A stretch of DNA of 39,829 bases, from IMG/VR virus record IMGVR_UViG_3300007983_000008, positions 1-39,829 of that record. One strand, 5' to 3'. The stretch comes from a virus (lineage: Duplodnaviria; Caudoviricetes). The notes under the pieces were generated by a model. That model did not search any database. It was not told where the DNA came from and saw nothing but the letters and a program-made list of their open reading frames with translations. The position numbers and the translations under genes were made by a program. Shown here one piece after another: positions 27,131 through 36,900 of the stretch; positions within the stretch are counted from its first letter, which is position 1, and every line of letters begins with the position of its first letter.

Positions 27131-28270
27131 ATGGAAACAACACGAAACTACAAGTTTAGAATAAGTCCTAAAGGTGGCAAGTTGAAGAAACTTCAAGCCA
27201 CTTTAGATACTTGTCGTTTCGTTTACAACAAAGTTTTAGAAACTCGTAAAACTGCTTGGGAAGAGGAAAAGAAATCATTAAGAGTTTACGATTGTCATAA
27301 CTTAATCAAAACTTGGGATATAGAAGGAGTCCACTCCCAAGTTCTCCAAAATGTATCTGCGAGAGTTGATTTGGCATTCCAAGGTTTCTTTCGTAGAGTT
27401 AAGCAAGTAGGTGAAAAAGCAGGTTATCCAAGATTCAAAGGATTTGACCGATATGATTCTTTTTGTTTCCCTCAAAGTGGCTTTAAGTTACTTGAAGGTG
27501 GTAAGAAACTATTTCTGTCTAAAGTTGGTGATGTAAAAGTTAATCTTCATCGTGAAATTGAAGGCAAAGTTAAAACCTGCACTATTAAGCGTGAAGGTGA
27601 TGACTGGTATGTTATTTTTGCATATAAGGTAGAAAAACGAGTTAAAGAGAAGTTTGAAACAAAAGCAATTGGAATTGATGTTGGTTGTATTGATTTTGCT
27701 ACCATGAGTGATGGTGAAACAATAGTTAATCCGCATTTTCTTCGTAAGAGTGAAATGGAGTTAAAAGAAACTCAAAGTAAATATAGTAAGTTAAAACAAT
27801 TACCTAAAGACGATAAGAAGAAAGTTAAAGTCAAGAAGAAATTAGTTAAGTTACATTGTAAAATTAAAAATCAAAGAAAAGATTTCTTACATAAAACAAG
27901 TCACAAGTTAGTTAATGATTATTCTGTGATTTGTGTGGAGAAACTTAAAGTTAAGGATATGCTCAAGAATAACTGGAGAGCATTGAATAAGAGCATAATT
28001 GATAGTGGGTGGACCACTTTCCGTAATATGCTAAACTACAAAGCGGAAGAAGCTGGTAGTTTAGTAGTGGAAGTAAATCCTGCCTACACAAGTCAAATAT
28101 GCTCTGGATGTGGCGTTAAGGTTAAAAAAGACCTTAGTGACCGAATCCACAAGTGTGATACTTGTGGATTGGAAATTGGTCGTGACCTCAACGCAGCTAA
28201 AAATATATTAAGAGTCGGGATGGACTCTTTAAGTAATCGTAAGGTTACTTTAGAAGCCCACTACCTTTAG
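27131..28270 (+). CDS. tnpB: RNA-guided endonuclease TnpB
   Basis: CRFVYN, GYPRFK, RuvC-I GIDVG, RuvC-II VEKL, zinc finger CSGC/CDTC, RuvC-III RDLNAAKN; all three acidic catalytic residues are present. Confidence 0.96.
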   Translation: METTRNYKFRISPKGGKLKKLQATLDTCRFVYNKVLETRKTAWEEEKKSLRVYDCHNLIKTWDIEGVHSQVLQNVSARVDLAFQGFFRRVKQVGEKAGYPRFKGFDRYDSFCFPQSGFKLLEGGKKLFLSKVGDVKVNLHREIEGKVKTCTIKREGDDWYVIFAYKVEKRVKEKFETKAIGIDVGCIDFATMSDGETIVNPHFLRKSEMELKETQSKYSKLKQLPKDDKKKVKVKKKLVKLHCKIKNQRKDFLHKTSHKLVNDYSVICVEKLKVKDMLKNNWRALNKSIIDSGWTTFRNMLNYKAEEAGSLVVEVNPAYTSQICSGCGVKVKKDLSDRIHKCDTCGLEIGRDLNAAKNILRVGMDSLSNRKVTLEAHYL

Positions 28271-28515
28271 GTGGTGGGAGCATTCACTAATGATTTTAAA
28301 CCTAATTTAATTATTTTTTATGATGATTTAGATTGGTCATTTGGAAAAGAATATGAAAAACTTGGATTCAAAAAGGAATATATTGTCGAACCTTCTCCTA
28401 TTCATTTAAAGGGAAATGTTGAAGTGAATGTGGCTGACGCGAATAGTTTAACAATTTATGGATCAGGATATGTTAAATTTGTTAAGGATAATAATTTTTA
28501 GATCTAAATTTTTCA

Positions 28516-28566
28516 TTTGATATCTCCCTTTTCTTTGATATGATATATCAAATGTAAAGAAAGGGA
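28516..28566 (+). promoter_or_regulatory. Promoter nested in a hairpin that occludes the SD of the downstream endonuclease gene
   Basis: TTGATA...TGA-TATGAT(28539-44); TCCCTTTTCTTT(28525-36) pairs with AAAGAAAGGGA(28556-66) with one bulge. Confidence 0.6.
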
Positions 28567-28573
28567 AAATATA

Positions 28574-30346
28574 ATGCCTAGACCAAAACCGAAGTTTGAA
28601 GATCATAAACATTTTTTCAAAGATGTGAATATAGTTGAGTATCCTTCCGCAGAAAAATATAACAACAATACCCGAATTTCAATTAAATGTGAAAATGGTC
28701 ATATTTACAAATTATCTGTGAATAATATCAAAAATCAAAACAAAGATCCAACAATATGTCCTCATTGCATTAAACAAAAAAATTATAAAGAACTTGGGAT
28801 TCCTGAAAAAGAAATAAAAGAATATTGTGATAAATATAATCTTGATTATGAACCTAAAAAAGAATACTACAATAGATGGACAGATTCCATAAAATTGATA
28901 TGCAAATTCGATGGAAATGAAAAAGAAATTAAATCTTTAGGTCATTGGGAAACCCATAAATCTCCTTTCAAATGCAAAATATGCGAAGACAACAAAAAAG
29001 GATTGATTTCAAAAAAAGAGTTTGAAGAAAAAATAGATAAGTTATCAACTATAATTGAACCCCCTTCATTTGAACCTATTACTCCCTTCCCAATGGAAAA
29101 ATTGACACCCAGGTTAAAAGAAAGAATACAAGAACAAGAAAAATGGACTTTAGTTGAATTCATCAATACAAAACAAAAATGCAAATATCAATGTAATGAC
29201 TGCGGAATCATAAAAGAATGTTATCCTAATTCAATATTCCATGGAAGGGGAGGAGGGTGCGACTCATGTAGGAGAACTGGAGATAGAAAAAGAGTTTACA
29301 GAAAAATATCAGCTATATGCAACAAATCTAATATATTTACATTAGAAACTATCCCTTACAAAAAAATAAACGAATCTATTAAATTCAAATGTAACAAATG
29401 TGGAGAAGAATTTGAAAGGTATTGGAATCATATAAATAATCTAGAAATAGTTAATTGTCCTTCATGTTTCAAATCGACTAAGCGAAATGCGCAAAATAAG
29501 TTATGGGAATGGGTCGATTCTCTTTCTGATGATGAGGTTATCCAAGAAGATAAATCTACTGGAGTTGAACTTGATATTTATGTCCCTTCAAAGAAATTAG
29601 CTATTGAATATTGTGGACTAATATGGCACTCAACCAAATTCAAAAATGATAACAATAGCCATAAAAATAAATTAGAACATTGTGAATCTAAAGGTATTAG
29701 ATTAATAACTATATTTGAAGATGAATGGACAGATCAACAAGAGATTTGCAAATCTAGAATTAAAAATGCATTAGGAATTACAGAAAATAGATTATTTGCC
29801 CGAAAATGCGAAGTTAAAAAGATCGAAAATTCTTTAGCATTACAGTTTTGTTCTGAAAATCATATACAAGGAAAAGGTCAAACTTCTGAATCATATGGAT
29901 TATTCTATAATGATGAATTAGTTTCAGTTATGACATTTTCCAAACCTTCTATTTCAAAAAATGGTAGAAACTATGATTGGGAACTAAATAGATTTTGCTC
30001 AAAACTTGACTATGTAATAGTAGGGGGAGCAAATCGTTTATTAAATCATTTTAAAAGAAATCATAAAAATGAAATTCTTGTTACTTTTTGTGATAGAAGA
30101 TGGGGAACAGGAAATGTTTACGATAAAATGGGATTCACTCAAATTTCAGTAACACGTCCTAATTATTTCTATATCGGAGAAGAAACAGATTGGAAGAGAA
30201 AACATAGATTTAATTTCACGAAACAGAAATTAAAATCTAAATATAAAGTAATAGATAATGATCTAACTGAATTTGAAATTGCTGAAATGAATGGATTAAG
30301 TCGAATATATGACTGTGGACATTTGAAATTCAAAATGACATGTTAA
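28574..30346 (+). CDS. Hef-like free-standing homing endonuclease with multiple zinc-finger repeats
   Basis: Several CxxC pairs; ELDIYVPSKKLAIEYCGLIWHS, GIRLITIFEDEW, FARKC, WELNRFC, GGANRL, IYDCG. Confidence 0.85.
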   Translation: MPRPKPKFEDHKHFFKDVNIVEYPSAEKYNNNTRISIKCENGHIYKLSVNNIKNQNKDPTICPHCIKQKNYKELGIPEKEIKEYCDKYNLDYEPKKEYYNRWTDSIKLICKFDGNEKEIKSLGHWETHKSPFKCKICEDNKKGLISKKEFEEKIDKLSTIIEPPSFEPITPFPMEKLTPRLKERIQEQEKWTLVEFINTKQKCKYQCNDCGIIKECYPNSIFHGRGGGCDSCRRTGDRKRVYRKISAICNKSNIFTLETIPYKKINESIKFKCNKCGEEFERYWNHINNLEIVNCPSCFKSTKRNAQNKLWEWVDSLSDDEVIQEDKSTGVELDIYVPSKKLAIEYCGLIWHSTKFKNDNNSHKNKLEHCESKGIRLITIFEDEWTDQQEICKSRIKNALGITENRLFARKCEVKKIENSLALQFCSENHIQGKGQTSESYGLFYNDELVSVMTFSKPSISKNGRNYDWELNRFCSKLDYVIVGGANRLLNHFKRNHKNEILVTFCDRRWGTGNVYDKMGFTQISVTRPNYFYIGEETDWKRKHRFNFTKQKLKSKYKVIDNDLTEFEIAEMNGLSRIYDCGHLKFKMTC

Positions 30347-30386
30347 TATAGATTCATTATTGCTCCTTTTGTTTTATCAATATTAT

Positions 30387-30394
30387 TATAAATA
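30387..30394 (+). promoter_or_regulatory. T4-type late promoter inside an inverted repeat
   Basis: TATAAATA within AATATTATT-ATA-AATAATATT. Confidence 0.75.
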
Positions 30395-30446
30395 ATATTA
30401 AACAAAATAACATTCACATCTCTGGATAGTGGAAAGGGAGCATCGA

Positions 30447-33400
30447 ATGGCTAATGAATGGGTTGTAAGAAAAGGTTTAATTGTTAAGCCTTTTGATGGA
30501 TTAAATGATGAAATCGTTATCGTAGGAGATGACGGTAAAATTATTACAAATGGAGTAACACTTCAATCTATAACTGGAGATATAAGTCAATTACAGACTG
30601 ATGTTCCTGATATTTCAGGAAATTTACAATCTCAAATCGATAATAATTATTCTGTAGTAGAAAATATTTCAGGAAATTTACAATCTCAAATCGATAATAA
30701 TTATTCTGTAGTAGAAAATATTTCAGGAAATTTTGTACTTAAGTCTGGCGACACCATGACTGGTACACTTACTATGGATTCTGGTACAGATATTACACTA
30801 TCTGGTGACAACAACGACAACATAAGATGGGGAAGTAAAGCATTTGCTGGCTGGACAGATGCAACTAACTCTCTACGCATTTTCGCCCAGGAAGCCTATG
30901 GTATACATCTTTACTCCAATGGGGTTACTCAAGGTCTTACTGTAGACACAAGTAATAATGTTGTAATTGATAATGAGCTTATAGTAGATGATAGTCTTCA
31001 TGTATCAACAAATGGAAATAACAGTTCATCTGACGCTGGTGTCCACATTCACGCCGCAGGCCAAAGCGGATCGAGCACCACGGGTGGTATAGTCCTTACC
31101 CAGCAGAACATAGGGGACCGCCGCCTCTACTGGACTGGTAACGACGGCGGGTTCAGTTGGAACGTGGGTAGCTACAATCCCAACGAAGGCGAGCTACAGA
31201 TGAGCATCGGTCAAGTTGCTGTTGCAGCAGAATTCCGTATGGGACCGGAAGGTGAACGTGTAATGCGTAGCACCGACCAAACTTGCGGTTTCGCAATGGA
31301 AGTCGATGTTGATTTAACTGCTCACGATGCTGATACTGATACTGATGCTTACCATACCTACATGAGAACTCAGGATGGTGGACCACTTTCAGTTGCATCG
31401 GGCACTAATGGTGGTGATTTGGTGCTTACTCTTGGTGCTGGAATAGGTGATGGAGATGATGGTAGATTTATTGTTAATGGTGCTATTCAACCAGATGATA
31501 TTTATCTCGATAGTTTAACTCCATCTCTCTCTGGTAACTTTCTAACTTGGAATGGTAGCGGTAAGATAGTAGATACTGGAATTTCATCAAGTGATATTTC
31601 TGGAGGTGGAAGTGGAACAGGATTTACTCCATTAGAAGGTGAAGGTATCACTATAACTTCATCTGGCTCAGATTATGTATTCTCAGTAGACGACTATATT
31701 TCTTCTAGTGAAGTTGAAAATATAAGTAGTAATTTAATCACAGATATTGAAAATTTAGATATATCTTTAACAAGTTTAATTGTTTCTGTTTCTGGTGATT
31801 TACAAACTCAAATTGATAATATTTCTGGTGGAGCTAAAGTATATCAAGGTATGGTTGATTGTAATACTACAGATCAAATTTATAGTATTACACATTCAAA
31901 TATTGATGTAAATGAAGTATACGCTCAAGTTTCTTTAACTATACCTACTTCAGGAGATACATTATTTTTAAATGGAATAACAAATAGAACTTCTACATCA
32001 TTCGATGTTGTTTTATCTGGTGTTCCAAATGCATCTGGATATGGTATTAATTGGTTATTAGTATCTGGTACTAATGGCGTTGGTCCAAACGGTCTTATAG
32101 ATGAAATTGGAACTGGTACGCAGACTATTACTGCCCATGAATCTATTGTTCCTGATATGTCTGGTGTATATGATCTTGGTTCTATTGATAAACCATGGAG
32201 AGAATTATATATTACTGGAAATACTATGTATATGGGTGGTAAACCTATTAGTATTAATGGAAATCGATTAACATTCGATTCGCAAAAAACATTAGCATTT
32301 ACTGACGAAGTTACTGGTAGCGTTACATATTTGCAAGGAGAAATAGATAAAGTTGCGACACAAACTGCTAATGTTAGTGCAAATTCAGGTTTAGAAAAAG
32401 TTACTGCAATGCAGCCTTTGCATACATTTAATGTTGGAGATCCTGTCAGACAAAATGTTGGATACAATGGAATTTTTGATACATTTGATACCCATAATGT
32501 TGGAGACTCTTACCGTCTTATTGTAAATGAAAATGAACCATATTCAAACATCGATGGGTTAGGATATAAAATCAATGCATATGGTGGTCAATATTATAAC
32601 AATTCTTATGGAAATGGATTTGCTACACATAGTAAAAAGTTTAGAAATAAATATGGTGATTTCTCTGCTAGATTTGAATATACTGGAGGGACTAACAGTA
32701 GAGGCGTAATGGGGTTATTCATTGCACCTAAAGATAATTTCAATAATGCTAGATATATAATATATAACCCAGGCGCAGCAAGAGTTTTTGTTGGAGACTA
32801 TGATGATAATTTCAATAAAAATGATAGTTATAGATCTGATCCTGATTCTTATTCTGCGTTAGATCTAAAAATAGAATCTGAAAATGTAGACGGAACTATA
32901 AGAGTACATACATCATTCAAGTTACCTGAAAATGATAATTGGGTATCATATGGATATAACTATGACACTGGAATCGTTCATGGGGAAGAATATAGAATAG
33001 GTATTATGTTTACTGGTGGTTCTCAGTCTTATGGTACTACTAGATATAGATTGACTGCTAATATATTAGATATTGATGGTTCTCTTGCAGTTCCAAATTA
33101 TAATCCAGTATGGGTTTCTGCTGGGGGAGATACAAATAAATCTAGTTTCGCAGATGGAATTGTTAACAAAATTATAAATGATAATATTTTTGAAGTTGCG
33201 ACTGCTGGTATTCTTAATATAGAAGGATTCTTTAGTGCTGGGGTTGATGCATATTTAAATCAACAGACTTCAGGAAGAATTACATATAATAAACCAACAG
33301 TTAATCCTCAACTTCTTTATAAAGGAATTGATAGTAATAATGGTAAATTAATATTATCTGATGGTGCTGCTGGTACTAATATTGAAGATGATGGAAGTAC

Positions 33401-33875
33401 AATATCATTGACTCCTGATACTTCAGCCGCGTATCTTGGTAGCGAATCTGATCCTTGGAAGAAAGTTTATACAAATGAAATAATTATTAATGGTGTAAAT
33501 TTGTTTGAAGAAGGTGGTATTTCTCCAAGTTTGGCAGGGTCAATTACACCAGGAACAGTTTCATATACAACTCAAAATGGAAATTATCAAAAAATGGGAA
33601 ATTGGGTGCATTTTTCCATTACGGTTGATGTTTCTAGTTATAGTGGAATTTCAGGATATATAAGATTAAGTGGAATTCCATATTCTAGTGAATCTGGTTG
33701 TAATTATTCATTAAATTCAACAGATCAAGATGGTTTTGATATTGATTTATATCCAGTAATTATAGGAGGCACCCAATATATCCAATTACAAGATATTAAT
33801 GGGAATGTAATCACTGATACATCAATAACAGGAAATCCAAAGATAATCATTTCAGGTTCATACAAAATAGGGTAA
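30447..33875 (+). CDS. Tail fibre / receptor-binding-like structural protein
   Basis: G/S/T/N-rich; FVLKSGDTMTGTL, ISGNLQSQID repeats, IVPDMSGVYDLGS..KPW; C-terminal GNYQKMGNWV...ISGSYK beta domain. Start ATG 30447 follows AGGGAG. Confidence 0.75.
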   Translation: MANEWVVRKGLIVKPFDGLNDEIVIVGDDGKIITNGVTLQSITGDISQLQTDVPDISGNLQSQIDNNYSVVENISGNLQSQIDNNYSVVENISGNFVLKSGDTMTGTLTMDSGTDITLSGDNNDNIRWGSKAFAGWTDATNSLRIFAQEAYGIHLYSNGVTQGLTVDTSNNVVIDNELIVDDSLHVSTNGNNSSSDAGVHIHAAGQSGSSTTGGIVLTQQNIGDRRLYWTGNDGGFSWNVGSYNPNEGELQMSIGQVAVAAEFRMGPEGERVMRSTDQTCGFAMEVDVDLTAHDADTDTDAYHTYMRTQDGGPLSVASGTNGGDLVLTLGAGIGDGDDGRFIVNGAIQPDDIYLDSLTPSLSGNFLTWNGSGKIVDTGISSSDISGGGSGTGFTPLEGEGITITSSGSDYVFSVDDYISSSEVENISSNLITDIENLDISLTSLIVSVSGDLQTQIDNISGGAKVYQGMVDCNTTDQIYSITHSNIDVNEVYAQVSLTIPTSGDTLFLNGITNRTSTSFDVVLSGVPNASGYGINWLLVSGTNGVGPNGLIDEIGTGTQTITAHESIVPDMSGVYDLGSIDKPWRELYITGNTMYMGGKPISINGNRLTFDSQKTLAFTDEVTGSVTYLQGEIDKVATQTANVSANSGLEKVTAMQPLHTFNVGDPVRQNVGYNGIFDTFDTHNVGDSYRLIVNENEPYSNIDGLGYKINAYGGQYYNNSYGNGFATHSKKFRNKYGDFSARFEYTGGTNSRGVMGLFIAPKDNFNNARYIIYNPGAARVFVGDYDDNFNKNDSYRSDPDSYSALDLKIESENVDGTIRVHTSFKLPENDNWVSYGYNYDTGIVHGEEYRIGIMFTGGSQSYGTTRYRLTANILDIDGSLAVPNYNPVWVSAGGDTNKSSFADGIVNKIINDNIFEVATAGILNIEGFFSAGVDAYLNQQTSGRITYNKPTVNPQLLYKGIDSNNGKLILSDGAAGTNIEDDGSTISLTPDTSAAYLGSESDPWKKVYTNEIIINGVNLFEEGGISPSLAGSITPGTVSYTTQNGNYQKMGNWVHFSITVDVSSYSGISGYIRLSGIPYSSESGCNYSLNSTDQDGFDIDLYPVIIGGTQYIQLQDINGNVITDTSITGNPKIIISGSYKIG
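30610..30733 (+). repeat. 54-bp perfect tandem repeat (about 2.3 copies), in frame
   Basis: Encodes ISGNLQSQIDNNYSVVEN twice plus ISGN. Confidence 0.95.
31620..31736 (+). repeat. 39-aa module shared between the two fibre genes (copy 1)
   Basis: GFTPLEGEGITITSSGSDYVFSVDDYISSSEVENISSNL; protein-identical to 35693-35809. Confidence 0.95.
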
Positions 33876-33892
33876 TACTTTTTTATATTTGT

Positions 33893-33900
33893 TATAAATA
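33893..33900 (+). promoter_or_regulatory. T4-type late promoter
   Basis: TATAAATA upstream of AGGAG and ATG 33947. Confidence 0.8.
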
Positions 33901-33946
33901 GTTTTGTCATCTCACGATAATAAATCGTCCATTATAGGAGTGCTCA

Positions 33947-36900
33947 ATGGCTAATCGAGCAGGATTTAGAAAAGGTGGGTTGGAACTAGGTAAAAAATCA
34001 TCATTTGATGCATCCAACCCTGATACTATAACCATACAATCTGATTCATCTGGTACTTTATACTCTGTTGATGAAAATGGAATAGAAACAGAAATAGGAA
34101 CAGGTTCACTTTCGGGTTCATGTACTCAATTAACAAATAATGGAATTGATATATCTACTATGGAACTTTCTGGAGGAGTTCCAACTTCATTAGTTCCTGA
34201 TGCATCTGGCGTATATGATCTTGGTAGTCCAGATCTTCCTTGGAGAAGTGGATATTTTTCCGAAAACTCTTTGTATTTGGGTGATAATAAGTTAAGTACA
34301 GAAAACGGTACTTTAAAATTAAACGACGAATTTATAAGAAGTAATATTGGTACTCAACAAGTTCCAGCCCGTAGTTCTATTCTGACCATGTCTGAGGACC
34401 AGACCACCGACCTGAGTGTAGGTGACGCCATTAAGTTCAACCAGATTGAGGGAGATCATGAACTTGACGCTAGTACCTTTAGGGTGAAGGTTAAGGCTGG
34501 GGCGGTTGCATTCTTAGAAGCATCGATCTACTGTTCGTACACTACAACTTCTAATGCGTTTGTTAGATATGTTTGGTATGACACTACAGCCTCAGTATTC
34601 GTTGGAGCAAAAGCTCTGTGCTTGGGTAACAATTCTTCCCAAGATGCCTCTCAGCAGACTACTGCCATGGCTAGAGTCACTCCTTCAGTTGACACTGAGT
34701 ACGAATTGAGAATTGAGAATTCGAACGAAGTTGCCGGAGTGTTTGCCGCTAGGTCGTGGGCCGCTGTCACAGAGATGCCAGCAGCCAACGGCAACATCTC
34801 GAACGTGGTGGGTAGTGACGAAGGTACAGATAAGTCATCGTATTTAGTCGATAATTTTTCTGGTAGCAAGCACCTAACAGCACACGGATCTTTTCTGGGC
34901 TCTTTATCCAACGGCCTAACTCACATTTTTGTAAATGGCGAAAGGACTCCATCTGACTATTATTACCAGAGGGACCTCGTAGATAACGGGTCAGGGGATA
35001 CAGGTGAGGGCAGTTCTAGCTATTTCTTAGAAGCCCAGTCCAATCAAATATGCCGTTTCACAGCAGAGGTGATCATTGGAGAAAACGGGAAACCTCTGAT
35101 AACTATCCATGGAAGCAGGGTATTTGATTCCAGCCAGTTGGCTGACTGGAAAACTTCAATTCAGTATGTTGGCGGCTCTACCTTTACTGAGATAACTAGC
35201 ATTGAAATAGTTTTTTCTGACTCGCCAACCACAATCACAACCCTTGTTCCAGTTGCTAGCGGCTGGCTCAAGGTCATTGATCCCACCGTTGCTCAGACTG
35301 GTGCCCCTGATCTATGGGAAGACGCCGAATACCGTATCCCAGGCCGTTGGCACAAGACAGGATCAGACGCCTTTGTTCCTGTCTATCGCCTTGAAAAGCC
35401 GATGACAGCCCAGCCAAACGCCAGTACGGCACAGGTGGCTCATGGCCTTTCAAACATAGACGAGGTTCTATCAGCCGGCGTCAGGTACAAGGACGCAGCA
35501 GGGGATTACTTCTTCGTAGCAGGCTCGGATCAAGACGACGAGTACGCGAGCTTGGACTCGACCAACCTGGAGTGGACCAGTACCCAGGACAGGACTACCT
35601 CGGTAGATCCTCACATGGTGGTCGAGTACACCAAGACCACCGACACGCCTGTGACTCGCAGTGAGACTGCTGGTAACGGTGGTAGTGGTGGAGGATTTAC
35701 TCCACTAGAAGGTGAAGGTATCACTATCACTTCATCAGGTTCCGATTATGTATTCTCTGTTGATGATTATATTTCTTCCTCTGAAGTAGAAAATATTTCA
35801 TCAAATTTACAAACTCAAATTGATAATATTTCAGGTTCAAGTGATTTATATATCTTAAGTTCTGGAGATACTTTAACTGGACAATTAACTATATCTGATT
35901 CAGGGTCTATAGTACCACAAAATGATAATGTAGTAACAATAGGTACATCAGCTAATAGATTCTCTGATATTTGGGCAGAAGAAGTTCATGTGGGCGCCAG
36001 TTCTTTATATGTTAATGGTAAAAAAGTATTAGAAGACGTATCAGATACAATAACTATTTCAACTGAAATTGATCAAAATCTTGCTATTAAAACTTCTGGT
36101 ATGGGAAATACTAATATTTCATCTGCTGAAAGTATAAATTTAGATATTTCAGATACTAATGGTTCAAATATAGTATTAAGCAATACTTCCAATAATGGTA
36201 ATATTAATTTACAATCAAACAATCAGATTAATTTAACTGGTACAATAAGAGCAAATGGTAATTTAATAGAAACTCAAAATAATAAATCTGTTGCAAATGG
36301 ATATGCTTCTCTAGATTCAAATGCTAAAATTCCTGCATCAGAATTACCAGATTCCATTGTTGGGCAAGTTTCTTATCAAGGTACATGGGCACCATCAACT
36401 AATACTCCTTCAGTTTCAAATCCTCCAGATTCTTTAACAAAAGGATATTATTATGTTTGTGCTGATTCTGGGACTCAATTTGGTATAGATTTTCAAACTG
36501 GTGATTGGTTAATATCAAATGGAACAATATGGCAAAAAGTTGATAATACTGATGCTGTAATGACAGTATTTGGAAGATTGGGTAATGTAGTTGCAATATC
36601 TGGAGATTATACTGGTTCTCAAATAACTAATGTGCCTTCAGGAAATGTAACCTCTACAAATACACAAGGTGCTATTAATGAGTTAGATACTAGAATAACA
36701 AATCTAGATGTAGGTGTCGAAGAAGTAATAGGTGGAAATAAATTAACTGCCTCCACAGTTGGGGGAACTGTTACCATCGATCATGATGAAACTACAGTAA
36801 GTGAGGCATCTCCTGCAGGAGGATATGGGCCGGATTATATCGAGGGAATAGGATATGATGACTACGGTCACGTTAACACAATCATAACTTCCTCATTAGG

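Larger units (their letters stand above)
26579..28287 (+). mobile_element. IS200/IS605-family insertion sequence (divergent tnpA/tnpB), inserted 3' of TTTAT
   Basis: Left-end hairpin CCCATTACC-TAAA-GGTAATGGG (26597-618), right-end hairpin CCCACTACC-TTTA-GGTGGTGGG (28257-278), terminal TTCAC, no target duplication; precise removal restores the host frame. Confidence 0.93.
25905..28501 (+). pseudogene. Hef-like homing endonuclease gene interrupted by an IS605-group element and lacking its nuclease domain
   Basis: Cys/His zinc repeats (CPKH, CSIH, CNKC, HGNKYDYS, CKKHG, GCPKC). Joining 26578 to 28288 restores the frame ...IDFI-NDFKPNLIIFYDDLDWSFG...YGSG, similar to the C-terminus of the ORF at 28574. 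Confidence 0.8.
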
